Shown: positions 19,611 through 30,375 of the stretch, one piece after another | Layout: the number at the start of each line of letters is the position of its first letter | Numbering within the stretch: the first letter of the stretch is position 1 | The notes under the pieces: generated by a model | Database searches by the model: none | Seen by the model: only the letters and a program-made list of their open reading frames with translations | Told to the model about the DNA's origin: nothing | Program-made: the position numbers and the translations under genes | Assembly: GCA_002841115.1 (NCBI GenBank) | Contig: PHEC01000001.1 | Span: forward strand, 39 to 64,038 | Source: Alphaproteobacteria bacterium HGW-Alphaproteobacteria-6 | GTDB taxonomy: Bacteria > Pseudomonadota > Alphaproteobacteria > Rhodobacterales > Rhodobacteraceae | DNA: 64,000 bases | Reading direction: 5' to 3'

Positions 19611-20924
19611 ATGAACGGGCAGTCACAGATCATCGACCAGGCTCTCGGCTGGCTCGATCAGGCCCGGGTGCTGGCGCTGGGATGGGCGGCAAGCCCCGCC
19701 GCCTGGTCGCAGCTTGCGCTTCTGGTCCTGTCCTGGGGGCTGGCCCATCTGGCCGCCCGCCGGTTCGGCCCGCGGATCGAGGGCTTTCTGGCACCGCCGG
19801 CCGAGGCGCGCGGCGTCATCGCCACGCTGCGCCGCTTCGTGCTGCGTTTCCTGCCGCTTCTTCTGCCGCTGCTGGCCTACGGATTCACCGCGATCGGCGA
19901 AAGCGTCACCCGGTCGCTTTTCGGCTCGGGCGCGGTCATCGCCTTCGGCAAGCGGGTGTTTCTGTTTCTCGCCGCGCGGGTGCTGGTCGGCAAGGTGATC
20001 CGTGATCCCTTCCTCCGGCTGCTCGGGCGCTATGTGCTGATCCCGATCGCGGCACTCTACGCGCTTGGCCTGACCGGGGCGGCGGCGGCCTGGCTTGAAG
20101 GCCTGACGGTGGAGCTTGGCAACATCACCTTCTCGATGATGGCGCTGATCCGTGGCGGGGTTGCCGGCAGCCTCTTGTTCTGGCTCGGCACATGGTCGAA
20201 CCGGCAAAGCGCCGATTACATCAAGGGACAGGAGGCGCTGCGCCCGGCGACGCGCGAACTGGCCGCCAAGGCGGCCGAGGTGGCGATCTTCGGCCTCGCC
20301 TTCCTGCTCTTGCTCAGCATCATCGGGATCGACCTGACCACGGTCGCCGTCCTCGGCGGTGCGCTCGGTGTCGGCATCGGCCTTGGCCTTCAGCAGATCG
20401 CGGCCAATTTCATCTCGGGGATCATCCTGCTGGTCGAGGGCCAGACCACGGTCGGCGACTATGTCGAACTGGATGGCGGCGAGGCCGGGACGATCGTGAA
20501 GATGACCGCGCGATCCTGCATTCTGGAAACCTTCGACGGCCGCTGGATCGTGGTGCCGAACGAACATTTCATCACCACGCGGGTGGTGAACTATTCCGAC
20601 CAGGGCAGCGCCAACCGCTACGAGGTGGCGTTTTCGGTCAGCTACGATACCGACATCAACACCGTGCCCGGCATCATCACCGCAGCGGTGGCGGCGCTGC
20701 CTTTCGTGCTGGACAAGCCCGAGGGCCCGGATTGCGAGTTGAAGGGTTTCGGCGAATCCGGGATCGACTTCGTGGTGGAATACTGGGTCCAGGGCATCGA
20801 TGACGGACGCAACAAATACGCCAGTGCGGTGCTCTTCGCGGTCTGGAACGCGCTGAAGGAGGCGCGAATCGAGATCCCCTATCCGCACCGGGTGATCGAG
20901 CTGAAGGGCGGCCTGCCGGCATGA
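19611..20924 (+). CDS. MscS family mechanosensitive channel
   Basis: GALGVGIGLGLQQIAANFISG, VGDYVE, IVVPNE, IEIPYP. Confidence 0.92.
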   Translation: MNGQSQIIDQALGWLDQARVLALGWAASPAAWSQLALLVLSWGLAHLAARRFGPRIEGFLAPPAEARGVIATLRRFVLRFLPLLLPLLAYGFTAIGESVTRSLFGSGAVIAFGKRVFLFLAARVLVGKVIRDPFLRLLGRYVLIPIAALYALGLTGAAAAWLEGLTVELGNITFSMMALIRGGVAGSLLFWLGTWSNRQSADYIKGQEALRPATRELAAKAAEVAIFGLAFLLLLSIIGIDLTTVAVLGGALGVGIGLGLQQIAANFISGIILLVEGQTTVGDYVELDGGEAGTIVKMTARSCILETFDGRWIVVPNEHFITTRVVNYSDQGSANRYEVAFSVSYDTDINTVPGIITAAVAALPFVLDKPEGPDCELKGFGESGIDFVVEYWVQGIDDGRNKYASAVLFAVWNALKEARIEIPYPHRVIELKGGLPA

Positions 20925-22087
20925 TCGATGCACTGGTCATCGGTGCCGGGCCGGCCGGGCTGATGGCCGCCGAGGCGCTGGCCGCGGCGGGACGAAGGGT
21001 GACGGTCTGCGAGGCAAGGCCAAGCCCGGCGCGCAAGCTGCTGATGGCCGGCAAATCCGGGCTGAACCTGACCCGGGACGAGGCGCCGGCCGCGTTTGCC
21101 GGCCATTATGACGCGCCCTGGCTGGCGCCGATCCTGGCCGCTTTCGGCCCGGACGAGGTGATGGCCTGGGCGCAGGGCCTTGGCCAGCCGGTCTTCACCG
21201 GCACCACCGGGCGGGTGTTTCCGGTGGCGATGAAGGCCTCGCCCCTGCTGCGGGCCTGGCTGGCGCGGCTTGCCGGTCAGGGTGTGACGTTGCGCAGCCG
21301 CTGGCGCTGGGCCGGGTTCGGTGACGGCGGCCTTGCCTTCGAGACCCCCGAGGGCCCAGCGATGCTTGACCCGGCGGTGACGGTGCTGGCGCTGGGCGGG
21401 GCAAGCTGGCCGCGGCTCGGCTCGGATGCCGCCTGGGTGCCCTGGCTGGCCGAAAGGGGCGTGACGATCAATCCCTTCAAGCCGGCGAACATGGGGCTGT
21501 CGGTGACCTGGTCCGGCCCGATGGCGCGGCATTTCGGATCGCCGGTGAAGGGCGCCGCCCTGGTCGCCGGCGGCCGGCGCGAGCGCGGCGAATTCGTTGT
21601 CTCGGCCCGCGGCATCGAGGGCGGCGGCGTCTATGCCCTGTCGCGCGCGGTTCGCGAGGGCGCCGTCCTGACGCTTGACCTTGCGCCGGGCCGCAGCCTG
21701 ACCGAGGTGGCGGGCCGGCTTGCCGGCGGGCCGGGCAAGGAGACGCAGTCGAACCGGCTTCGCAAGGCGCTGAAGCTCGACCCGGTGAAGATCGCGCTCT
21801 TGCACGAATGGGGCCGGCCGCTGCCCGAGGGCGACACGCTGGCCCGGCTGATCAAGGCGCTGCCGGTCCGCCACGACGGCCCGCGCCCGATCGCCGAGGC
21901 GATTTCATCGGCCGGCGGCATTGCCCGCGACAGCCTGACCGAGGATCTGGAGCTGACCGCCCTGCCGGGGGTCTTTGCCGCCGGCGAGATGCTCGACTGG
22001 GAGGCGCCGACCGGCGGCTACCTGATGACCGCCTGCCTCGCCACCGGTCTGCACGCCGGGCGCGCGGCGGTGCGGGTCCAGCGCTGA
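20921..22087 (+). CDS. HI0933/BaiN-like flavoprotein
   Basis: IGAGPAGLMAA, RKLLMAGKSGLNLT, GEMLDWEAPTGGY. Confidence 0.9.
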   Translation: MIDALVIGAGPAGLMAAEALAAAGRRVTVCEARPSPARKLLMAGKSGLNLTRDEAPAAFAGHYDAPWLAPILAAFGPDEVMAWAQGLGQPVFTGTTGRVFPVAMKASPLLRAWLARLAGQGVTLRSRWRWAGFGDGGLAFETPEGPAMLDPAVTVLALGGASWPRLGSDAAWVPWLAERGVTINPFKPANMGLSVTWSGPMARHFGSPVKGAALVAGGRRERGEFVVSARGIEGGGVYALSRAVREGAVLTLDLAPGRSLTEVAGRLAGGPGKETQSNRLRKALKLDPVKIALLHEWGRPLPEGDTLARLIKALPVRHDGPRPIAEAISSAGGIARDSLTEDLELTALPGVFAAGEMLDWEAPTGGYLMTACLATGLHAGRAAVRVQR

Positions 22088-22106
22088 GGCCCCCGCGCCT
22101 TCGCAA

Positions 22107-22694
22107 TCAGTGCGCCATCGCGCGCTTGAAGGCCGGCCGCTCGCGCATCCGGCCCAGGTATTCCGACAGCCGCCGCTCGACGATCGGGAAATGCGCCGCC
22201 AGCGCCCAGTTGCCGCAATGGGTCAGGATGATGTCGGGCACCGTCATCAGCGATCCCATCAGGAACGGCCCCTCGCCCATCCGCTGCATCAGCACCTTCT
22301 GGCTGCGCTCGAACTCCCATTTCAGCGAATCCTTGATCGCGGTCTGGCGCAGTTCCTCGGGCAGCACGAAGCTGTGCCGGGCGGCCATCCACAGCGCCGC
22401 GTCGAATTCATCGAGCAGGAACTGCGTCAGGCTGTCCTGGCGCGCCCGCGCCAGCGTGCCGGCCGGATGGGTCAGCGCGCCATGCTTGTCGGCCAGATAC
22501 TGGATGATCGCGGTCGAATCGGTGATCGGCGTGCCATCCTCGATCAGCACCGGCACCTTGCCGGCCGGGTTGAACTCCACCACGCCCAGCGACTGCGGCG
22601 CCGCCGGCACATGGGTAAAGGGCTGCTCCAGCTCTTCGAGCATCCACAGCACCCGTGCCGCCCGGCTCTTCACGATTCCGATCACGGTATACAT
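22107..22694 (-). CDS. Glutathione S-transferase
   Basis: SRAARVLWMLEEL, NPAGKVPVL, DSTAIIQYL; RBS CAGGAG. Confidence 0.92.
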   Translation of the reverse strand: MYTVIGIVKSRAARVLWMLEELEQPFTHVPAAPQSLGVVEFNPAGKVPVLIEDGTPITDSTAIIQYLADKHGALTHPAGTLARARQDSLTQFLLDEFDAALWMAARHSFVLPEELRQTAIKDSLKWEFERSQKVLMQRMGEGPFLMGSLMTVPDIILTHCGNWALAAHFPIVERRLSEYLGRMRERPAFKRAMAH

Positions 22695-22724
22695 TGCCAT
22701 CTCCTGCATCCGGGGTGCCTTGGC

Positions 22725-23747
22725 CTAACGCCGGCTCAACATCGCCAGACGGATCAGCGCGCGCTCCATCACCGCCATCGCCGGCGCCCGGCTGGACGAA
22801 CGCAGCGCAAGGTCGGTGTCGGTGAGGATCGACAGCGCGGCCTCCAGCCGTCGCATCCCCCAGCCCTGGGCCTGGCGCAGCATCCGGTCGCGGCGCGGCC
22901 CGAAGACCGGCGGGCGCATCCGCGCCAGCCCCTCGGCCGGCCCGCCCGGCGCGGCCGAGGCCGCATGCAGCGCGCGAAAATGCCGCATCGCCGCGATCGA
23001 CAGCGTCACCGGGTTGATGCCCTGGCCAATCAGCCGCCGCATCAGCGGACCGATCTCGGCACTGCGCGCCTCGGCCACGGCATTGAGAACGTCATCGACC
23101 TCGGCCTCGATCGTGGCGGGGGCACAGAGCGCGACCTCGGCCGCGGTCAGCGGCGTCGCGTCGCCGTGCTTGTAAAGCGCGACCTTGGCGACGGTCTGGC
23201 GGAAATCGCCCGGATCGAGCGCCAGCGCCAGTGCGCCCAGCGCCTCGGTCGCCGCACGGTCGATGCCCGACAGCCCGGCCGCGGCCAGCGTCGCCGCGAT
23301 CTCTTCGCGCCCCGGCGGGTCATCGTAGATGCCGGCGGCGCAGGCGTTGGGATGGTCCTCGAACAGCTTTTTCAGCGCCGAGGCCTTGGTCAGGGTGCCA
23401 GCCGTCACCACCAGCATCGCATCGCCCGCCCGCCATCCGGCCAGCGCCGACTTCAGGACCGGGGCAGCCGCGTCGCCGGCGTCCTCGACCAGGGCCACGC
23501 GCGCGCCGGGGAAAAAGCCCTGCGCCCGCATCGCGTCATCGACCAGGGCGGGATCCTTGCGCAGATCGCCGCCCGGGATCCGGGTCAGGCGCATCTCGGC
23601 CTCGCCCTCGGGGCCGATCAGCGCCGCGATCACCTCTTGGCGGCGCAAGGCCACCCGCATCGCATCGGCGCCATGGATCAGAAGGCCGGCGCGCCCCGGA
23701 TCGGGCCGGGCGAAAAAGCGCAGGGCGGCGGCGCCCGACAGCTTCAT
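22725..23747 (-). CDS. holA: DNA polymerase III delta subunit
   Basis: Conserved leuS-lptE-holA order; LLIHGAD, RPPVFGPRR. Confidence 0.9.
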   Translation of the reverse strand: MKLSGAAALRFFARPDPGRAGLLIHGADAMRVALRRQEVIAALIGPEGEAEMRLTRIPGGDLRKDPALVDDAMRAQGFFPGARVALVEDAGDAAAPVLKSALAGWRAGDAMLVVTAGTLTKASALKKLFEDHPNACAAGIYDDPPGREEIAATLAAAGLSGIDRAATEALGALALALDPGDFRQTVAKVALYKHGDATPLTAAEVALCAPATIEAEVDDVLNAVAEARSAEIGPLMRRLIGQGINPVTLSIAAMRHFRALHAASAAPGGPAEGLARMRPPVFGPRRDRMLRQAQGWGMRRLEAALSILTDTDLALRSSSRAPAMAVMERALIRLAMLSRR

Positions 23748-24253
23748 CGGCCGTTCCAGCCACCCGAAGCGGCGATCAGCCGGGTGACCAGCTGATCGGC
23801 CAGAAGCCGCATCAGCCGCCGATGGGCGTCGCGTTCCGACGAGACCGTGGAAACCGTGGTGCCCGAGGCGGAATAGGCGGTGAAGCCGGTGACCTCGTCC
23901 TCGGCCAGCACAGCACCTGTCGCGGCATCGGTCAGCCGGAAGCCGACGGTGCCGGTCAGCTGAAAGCGGCTGACCACGTTGTCGGGGGTGATCCCGAGGC
24001 CAAGCGCGCGGGTCGCCACCGAATAGGACAGCCGGTAGGCCGGCTCGCGCGACCGGCCAAGCCGCTCTTCCAGCCGCTCGACCAGTTCGAATTCGTTGCG
24101 GTTGACCGGGGCATCGACACTGACCCGGTCGAGCAGCCCCTCGGCGGCGCCACCCGGCCCATAGGCCGGGGCGAAACCGCAGGCGGCAAGGCCGAAGGCG
24201 GCGCCCAGCCCGGCGAGGCGGGCGATCAGCCCCCTGCGATCAGATGACGACAT
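23744..24253 (-). CDS. lptE: LPS assembly lipoprotein
   Basis: Lipobox LAACGF; located between leuS and holA. Confidence 0.88.
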   Translation of the reverse strand: MSSSDRRGLIARLAGLGAAFGLAACGFAPAYGPGGAAEGLLDRVSVDAPVNRNEFELVERLEERLGRSREPAYRLSYSVATRALGLGITPDNVVSRFQLTGTVGFRLTDAATGAVLAEDEVTGFTAYSASGTTVSTVSSERDAHRRLMRLLADQLVTRLIAASGGWNGR

Positions 24254-26795
24254 TGACGATCCGCCCCGGCACGACGATCAGCTTTCTCGGACTGGCCCCG
24301 GCCAGCGCCTTGACCACAGCTTCATCCGCCAGAACGAGATTTTCAATATCCCCCGTCGCCATGTCCTTCGGCACGCTGATTTCCGCCCGCCGCTTGCCGT
24401 TGATCTGGATCGGCAGCGTCACGCTGTCCTCGACCAGCATCGCCGGATCGGCGACCGGCCAGGGCGCCTGCGCCACCAGCCCTTCGCCGCCGGTCATCGC
24501 CCAGACCTCCTCGGCCAGGTGCGGCACCATTGGCGACATCAGCTGCGCAAGGGTGCGCATCGCCAGCCGCTTCGTCGCCGCCGAGGCATCGGACTTCGCG
24601 AAGCTGTTGGTGAATTCGTAGAGCTTGGCCACCGCCTTGTTGAAGGCAAAGCCCTCGATCCCCGCCGTCACCTCGGCGATGGTCCGGTGCATCGCCTTCA
24701 GAAGTGCGGCGTCCTGCGCCGTGTCGCTGCCGCCCCTGACCTCGATCTCGGCGGCAAGCCGCCAGACCCGGGCAAGGTGCCTTTGCGTGGCATCCGCCCC
24801 GGCGGCGGTCCATTCCACGTCGCGCTCCGGCGGGCTGTCGGACATCACGAACCAGCGCGCGGTATCGGCACCGTAGCGCGCGATGATGTCCATCGGATCG
24901 ACGACGTTCTTCTTCGACTTCGACATCTTGATGACCGGGCCGATCTCGACCTGTGTCCCGTCGGCCAGGGTCGCGCCCTCGGCCGTGCGCGTCACTTCGT
25001 CCGGCGTGTGCCAGACCGGGCGGCCGTCCGGCCCGCGCGTCGCATAGGTCTCGTGCGTCACCATGCCTTGGGTGAAGAGCGCGTCGAAGGGCTCGATCGC
25101 CTTTGCCGGCAGATGGCCGCAAAGGTGCATCGCCCGGGCGAAGAACCGCGAATACAAGAGGTGCAGGATCGCATGCTCGATCCCGCCGATATACTGGTCG
25201 ACGTTCATCCAGTAGCCGGCCTCGGCCAGGTCGGTCGGCGTCTTCGCGTGGGGCGCGGTGAATCGGGCGAAATACCACGAGGAATCGACGAAGGTGTCCA
25301 TCGTGTCGGTCTCGCGCCGGGCGGGGCGCCCGCAGGCGGGGCAGGGCACGTCACGCCATGTCGGATGACGGTCGAGCGGATTGCCGGGCTGGTCGAAGCT
25401 GACGTCATAGGGCAGCTCGACCGGCAGGTTTTCCTTGCGCTCCGGCACCACGCCGCAGGCGGTGCAATGCACCACCGGGATCGGGCAGCCCCAGTAGCGC
25501 TGGCGCGAGATGCCCCAGTCGCGCAGGCGGTATTTGGTGACGCCCTGCCCATAGCCCCCGACCTCGGCATGGGCGATGGCGGCGTCGATCGCCTCCTCGC
25601 CGCTCTGCTCCCCGGCACCGGCGAAGCCGCGGGTATAGCGCACGCGCTCGGATTTCTGCGGAACGTAGGGTTCGGCGGCAATGTCCCAGCCGCCGTCCAA
25701 GGGCAGGAAGGTATCGACGATCGGCAGGGCGTATTTCCGGCAGAAATCGTGGTCGCGCTGGTCGTGGCCGGGGCAGCCGAAGATCGCGCCGGTGCCGTAG
25801 TCCATCAGGATGAAGTTTGCGATCCAGACCGGGATTTCCCATGTCGGATCAAGCGGATGGCGCACCTTCAGCCCGGTGTCGAGCCCAAGCTTCTCGGCCG
25901 TCTCGATCGCCTCTTCGGTGGTGCCGCCCTTCCGCGCCTCGGCGCAGAAGGCCGCGACCTCGGGCCGCTCCGCCTCGAGCGCGCGCGCCAAGGGATGATC
26001 GGGCGAGATGCCAAGGAACGAGGTGCCCATCAGCGTGTCGGGCCGCGTCGTGTAGACCTCGATCCGGTCCAGGCCGGCATGCGGCGCGGTCAGCGCCCAG
26101 GCCATCTGCAGGCCACGGCTCTTGCCGATCCAGTTGGCCTGCATCAGCCGGACCTTCTCGGGCCAGTCCTTCAGGCTGTCGAGCGCCTCCAGAAGCTCGG
26201 CCGAGAATTCCGAGATGCGGAAGAACCACTGCGTGAGTTCGCGCCGCTCGACCTCGGCGCCCGAGCGCCAGCCCTTGCCGTCGATCACCTGCTCGTTGGC
26301 CAGAACCGTCATGTCGACCGGGTCCCAGTTGACCACCGCGGCCTTGCGGTAGACCAGGCCCTTTTCCAGGAAGTCGAGGAACATCGACTGCTGCTGGCCG
26401 TAATAGTCCGGATCGCAGGTGGCGAATTCGCGGCTCCAGTCGATGGAGAGGCCCAAGGGCTTCATCTGCTCGCGCATCTGCGCGATATTGCCATAGGTCC
26501 AGTCCTTCGGATGGCCGCCCCGCTCCATCGCCGCGTTCTCGGCCGGCATGCCGAAGGCGTCCCAGCCCATCGGATGCAGCACCGAATGGCCCTGCGCCGC
26601 CTTGAACCGCGCCACCACGTCGCCCATCGTGTAGTTGCGCACATGGCCGATATGGATGCGCCCCGACGGATAGGGGAACATCTCGAGCACATAGTATTTC
26701 GGCCGCGCCGGGTCGCGGCGCGCGACAAAGCACTGCTCCGCCTCCCAGGCGGCCTGCCATTTCGGTTCGATCTCGGCAGGGTCGTAACGCGACAT
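24240..26795 (-). CDS. leuS: Leucine--tRNA ligase
   Basis: [18 protein letters not shown]. Confidence 0.98.
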   Translation of the reverse strand: MSRYDPAEIEPKWQAAWEAEQCFVARRDPARPKYYVLEMFPYPSGRIHIGHVRNYTMGDVVARFKAAQGHSVLHPMGWDAFGMPAENAAMERGGHPKDWTYGNIAQMREQMKPLGLSIDWSREFATCDPDYYGQQQSMFLDFLEKGLVYRKAAVVNWDPVDMTVLANEQVIDGKGWRSGAEVERRELTQWFFRISEFSAELLEALDSLKDWPEKVRLMQANWIGKSRGLQMAWALTAPHAGLDRIEVYTTRPDTLMGTSFLGISPDHPLARALEAERPEVAAFCAEARKGGTTEEAIETAEKLGLDTGLKVRHPLDPTWEIPVWIANFILMDYGTGAIFGCPGHDQRDHDFCRKYALPIVDTFLPLDGGWDIAAEPYVPQKSERVRYTRGFAGAGEQSGEEAIDAAIAHAEVGGYGQGVTKYRLRDWGISRQRYWGCPIPVVHCTACGVVPERKENLPVELPYDVSFDQPGNPLDRHPTWRDVPCPACGRPARRETDTMDTFVDSSWYFARFTAPHAKTPTDLAEAGYWMNVDQYIGGIEHAILHLLYSRFFARAMHLCGHLPAKAIEPFDALFTQGMVTHETYATRGPDGRPVWHTPDEVTRTAEGATLADGTQVEIGPVIKMSKSKKNVVDPMDIIARYGADTARWFVMSDSPPERDVEWTAAGADATQRHLARVWRLAAEIEVRGGSDTAQDAALLKAMHRTIAEVTAGIEGFAFNKAVAKLYEFTNSFAKSDASAATKRLAMRTLAQLMSPMVPHLAEEVWAMTGGEGLVAQAPWPVADPAMLVEDSVTLPIQINGKRRAEISVPKDMATGDIENLVLADEAVVKALAGASPRKLIVVPGRIVNVVI

Positions 26796-27017
26796 CCGCT
26801 GTTCCTCGTGCCTGGCCCCGGTTCCCGTCCCGGCCGTTATACAGCGCGCCGACCCAAGGTCCAGAGCCGCCCCGCATCCGGGGGGCCGGATGGCACCGGC
26901 ACCTTGCCTTCGCGACGGCGGCAGGATTTCTTGCGCCGGGGGACCCGGGCGATCCATGCCTGCCCGGCGACCGGACCCAGCATGGCTGGGGTCGCCGAAA
27001 GCAGTTCCCCCAAAGCC

Positions 27018-27614
27018 CTATTGCACCGTCAGATCGGACTGGATGCGCGCGCGGAAGACGTCGGGCATCATCCAGTTCGGCTGATGGCCAAGCAGCATCT
27101 GCAGGAAGCCCGAAGAAAAGCTGGCGTCCTGCAAGGTGTTTTCCCTGAAGGACCACCAGTGACGCAGATCGTCGATCGCGGGATCAAGTGTCGTATGAGC
27201 ATGAAACTCCTGCTCCATGGCCGCCGTATGGACGGACAGGCAGAACATCGTGCAGCAATAGCCTTCCGGCCAGAAGGCCGCGGCCGAACCGGGGTCTGCC
27301 AGGGTGGCCGGGCCCCTGGCCTTGACCGGCATGTCCGCCGTCAACTCGCGCAGCATCAGCGCCGCCGCAAATTCGAAGAAGTCCTTGCGCTGGGATTTGT
27401 CGGCCGGCTTCTGGATCTCGATCGATGTCAGCCATCGCATGAAGGCCGCGGCCAGCTTCACATCGTCGATTTCAAGTGTGCAGCCAAGGTCGCGCCCGGT
27501 CGCGTCGACAAACCCCTGAAACGCCACCTTGAACCAGCGCAGGCGCCGCACGGCGATCCGCAAGGGCTCGTTCGTTGGCGGAAGCGATGCGGGATTCGGC
27601 CTGATCTCAGACAT
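27018..27614 (-). CDS. Hypothetical protein
   Basis: Protein-like ORF overlapping the stop of the upstream gene; FWPEGY and WWSFREN motifs; no recognised family. Confidence 0.7.
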   Translation of the reverse strand: MSEIRPNPASLPPTNEPLRIAVRRLRWFKVAFQGFVDATGRDLGCTLEIDDVKLAAAFMRWLTSIEIQKPADKSQRKDFFEFAAALMLRELTADMPVKARGPATLADPGSAAAFWPEGYCCTMFCLSVHTAAMEQEFHAHTTLDPAIDDLRHWWSFRENTLQDASFSSGFLQMLLGHQPNWMMPDVFRARIQSDLTVQ

Positions 27615-28317
27615 GGGGCACATATCTTCGGTAAAGTTCCTCGATCCGGCTTGCATCTTTCCCGGCCACCGCCCTTGAGATCTCGGGTGCCAGGGCAACG
27701 GCCATGTCGGTCGCGGCGGCAAGCGCAGCCTCGTTCTCGTCCTGCGACCGCGCCGATTGCAGCCAGAGCATGACGGCGAATATGCTGGCCGCTTCCAGTG
27801 CCGCACCGGGCACAAGGGCCGCCTCCTGGGCGGTCGTCCCGCGCATGACCCGGGCATCCAGCAGGCAGAAGGTCAGATCGGCGGCCCGCTTCTCGACCGA
27901 CGTTTCCGCGGTGATCGGGGCAAGATTTCCATAGGCACTTCGCGCCGCAGCCTCGCTGACAAGGACGGTTGGCGCGCCAAGATGCCGCAGAACCGTTGAC
28001 AGGGCGACATAGACGGCAACGGCAAATTCGGCCCCCGCGTTCGGCCCGCCTATCATGTCCTTGAGAGGGGCCGAGGGGCTTTTCTGCCCGCCAAGCACCG
28101 TCTTGGCGACACCGGATGTCATTTCGTCCACGGTCCGCGCCAGGCCGCCCGCCTCGCGCAGCATGGCGCTGGCAAGATCCGACGCCGGCTTCGGCAAGGC
28201 TTCGACATTCACCGTCTCGGCGATCGTCTCGCCACCACGGCGCAACAGGAAGCGCAGCCCGCGAAGGGCCTCTCGCAGGGGCATTGCATCGGGGGGGTTG
28301 AATGCGTCGCGCGACAA
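27607..28317 (-). CDS. Hypothetical protein
   Basis: TTG start after strong RBS GAGGAGG; 236 aa, helical composition; in operon with the PfkB kinase. Confidence 0.7.
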   Translation of the reverse strand: MSRDAFNPPDAMPLREALRGLRFLLRRGGETIAETVNVEALPKPASDLASAMLREAGGLARTVDEMTSGVAKTVLGGQKSPSAPLKDMIGGPNAGAEFAVAVYVALSTVLRHLGAPTVLVSEAAARSAYGNLAPITAETSVEKRAADLTFCLLDARVMRGTTAQEAALVPGAALEAASIFAVMLWLQSARSQDENEAALAAATDMAVALAPEISRAVAGKDASRIEELYRRYVPHV

Positions 28318-28348
28318 GGGCGGCGTCCTCCTCGGGCCGGATCATATC

Positions 28349-29329
28349 CTAGACCGAAGAGGATACCAACCTGTCCTTGGACGCCGGATCGGTCGCGGCG
28401 CGGATGAAGGCAAGGGTGGTGGCATAGTCCTTTACCCCGGCCTGGCTGCCCAGACCCGTGGCGTTCTGCGCCGACGAGGCCTGGGCGATCTGAATGGCCT
28501 CCTGCATCGCAACGCCCTTGATCAGGCCGGTCGCGAAGCCGCCGTTGAAGCAGTCGCCGCAGCCGCAGGTGCATTTCACCTCGACCTTGAAGGCCGGGGT
28601 GTGAAATTCGGTGCCGTCGCGGTGGCGGTAATAGGCACCGTCTGCGCCGAGGGTCAGGATCACGCAAGCGGTCCCCCGGTCGATCAGGAACTGCGCCAGA
28701 TCGCGATACTCGAACAGGCCGGACAGGGCGCGGGCCTCTTCCTCGGAGGGCAGGAAATAGTCGGTGTGGGGCAGAAGACGCGCCACCTTGGGCAGATCGT
28801 CAGGGGTCGAGGCGAAGACATCCAGCGTGGTGATCACGCCGCGCCGCCTGGCCTCGGCCATGATTTCCTCGGTCCGGCCCTGATCCATGCGGTTCATCAG
28901 GCCGACGCCGCCGACATGCAGGATGCGGGTATCGAGAAGGTCGTCGATCTGGCTGTCGTCGATATGGAACCCGTCCGTGGCACCCCGCTTGTGCAGGGCA
29001 GGACGGGCGCCGTCAGGCCGCGTGGTGACGATCGAGGACGAGGTGGTGAACCCCTCGCACCGCGCCATCATCGCGATGTCGATGCCGAAGCTGGCCAGCT
29101 TCATCAGCACCCAGTCGCCCATGTCGTCATGGCCGACACCGCCCACCGCACGCGCGCGCAGCCCGTGCTTGGCCGCCACGATCACCGCACTTCCGGCGGC
29201 ACCGGAGACGGCCAAGGTGTAATCCTCGACAAAGTAGGTGTCGCCCCCCGGCGGTATCTGGGTGACCGGACGGCACAGGGCGTCAAAGGTGATGAAGCCC
29301 ATCGAGGTATAGTCGAACCGATGGCTCAT
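28349..29329 (-). CDS. PfkB family carbohydrate kinase
   Basis: SGAAGSAV, GGVGHDDMG, PSEEEA, LTLGADG, CTCGCGDCF. Confidence 0.88.
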   Translation of the reverse strand: MSHRFDYTSMGFITFDALCRPVTQIPPGGDTYFVEDYTLAVSGAAGSAVIVAAKHGLRARAVGGVGHDDMGDWVLMKLASFGIDIAMMARCEGFTTSSSIVTTRPDGARPALHKRGATDGFHIDDSQIDDLLDTRILHVGGVGLMNRMDQGRTEEIMAEARRRGVITTLDVFASTPDDLPKVARLLPHTDYFLPSEEEARALSGLFEYRDLAQFLIDRGTACVILTLGADGAYYRHRDGTEFHTPAFKVEVKCTCGCGDCFNGGFATGLIKGVAMQEAIQIAQASSAQNATGLGSQAGVKDYATTLAFIRAATDPASKDRLVSSSV

Positions 29330-30372
29330 GCAGCCCCCCGAATGCGCTGGCCGTCCTCGCCAAAGAAGTAAAGATGCGCCGGATCGAAGGTGATGCCGAC
29401 CGGCTGGTCGATGTCCGACCGGTAGTCGCGCGCCGCCTTGACCTCGATCATCTTCTCCCCGGCACGGACGGTCAGATAGGTGGTGTCGCCGGTCGGCTCG
29501 ACCCCGTAGACCATCCCCTGCACGTTGTCCCCGCCGACCTGGCAATCCTCGGGGCGCACCCCCAGGGTGACCTTGCCGCGCACATGGTCGAGGCACGGCG
29601 CCGACACGCCGGGGGCTGTGAAGCGGCCATTCTGCGCCGTGCCCTCGATCAGGTTCATCGGCGGGCTGCCGATGAAGCCCGCGACAAAGGTATTGGCCGG
29701 GTCGGAATAGATCTGGTCCGGGGTGCCGACCTGCTGGATCGCCCCCTTGTTCATGATCACGATCCGGTCGGCCAGGGTCATCGCCTCGATCTGGTCATGG
29801 GTGACGTAGACGGTGGTCACCTTCAGCTGCCGCTGCATGTGCTTGATCTGCACCCGCATCGACTGGCGCAGCTTGGCATCAAGGTTCGACAGCGGTTCGT
29901 CCATCAGGAAGACCTGCGGCTGGCGCACCACGGCGCGGGCAAGCGCCGCGCGCTGGCGCTGACCGCCCGACAGGGCCCCGGGCTTGCGGTCAAGGAACGC
30001 CCCGAGTTCGACCATGTCGGCGGCCTGGCGGATCCGCGCGTCATGTTCCGACGCCGGGATCTTGCGCATCCTGAGCGGGAAGCGGATATTCTCGTAGATC
30101 GACATGTTGGGGTAAAGGGCATAGCCCTGAAACACCATCGCCACGTCGCGGTCGCGGGCATCGACCTCGTTCACCTCTTCGCCGCCGATGACGATCTTGC
30201 CATCGGTCGGCACCTCCAGCCCGGCGATCATCCGCATCGTGGTGGTCTTGCCGCAGCCCGAGGGGCCAAGCAGCACCAGAAACTCCTCATCGGCGATTTC
30301 AAGCGACATGTTCTGCACGCCGACAAAGGCGCCATAGCGCTTTTCGAGGTTCTGCAGGTGGATCGAAGCCAT
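29326..30372 (-). CDS. Carbohydrate ABC transporter ATP-binding protein
   Basis: GPSGCGKTT, LSGGQRQR, DEPLSNLD. Confidence 0.95.
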   Translation of the reverse strand: MASIHLQNLEKRYGAFVGVQNMSLEIADEEFLVLLGPSGCGKTTTMRMIAGLEVPTDGKIVIGGEEVNEVDARDRDVAMVFQGYALYPNMSIYENIRFPLRMRKIPASEHDARIRQAADMVELGAFLDRKPGALSGGQRQRAALARAVVRQPQVFLMDEPLSNLDAKLRQSMRVQIKHMQRQLKVTTVYVTHDQIEAMTLADRIVIMNKGAIQQVGTPDQIYSDPANTFVAGFIGSPPMNLIEGTAQNGRFTAPGVSAPCLDHVRGKVTLGVRPEDCQVGGDNVQGMVYGVEPTGDTTYLTVRAGEKMIEVKAARDYRSDIDQPVGITFDPAHLYFFGEDGQRIRGAA

Positions 30373-30375
30373 GGC

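Noticed and set aside
24519-27773. Very long antisense ORFs (1084 aa here; also 29374-32139, 16185-18392, 48733-50835 and others)
   Set aside because: Shadow frames opposite well-supported genes, expected in high-GC DNA; Arg/Gly/Pro-rich with no motifs.
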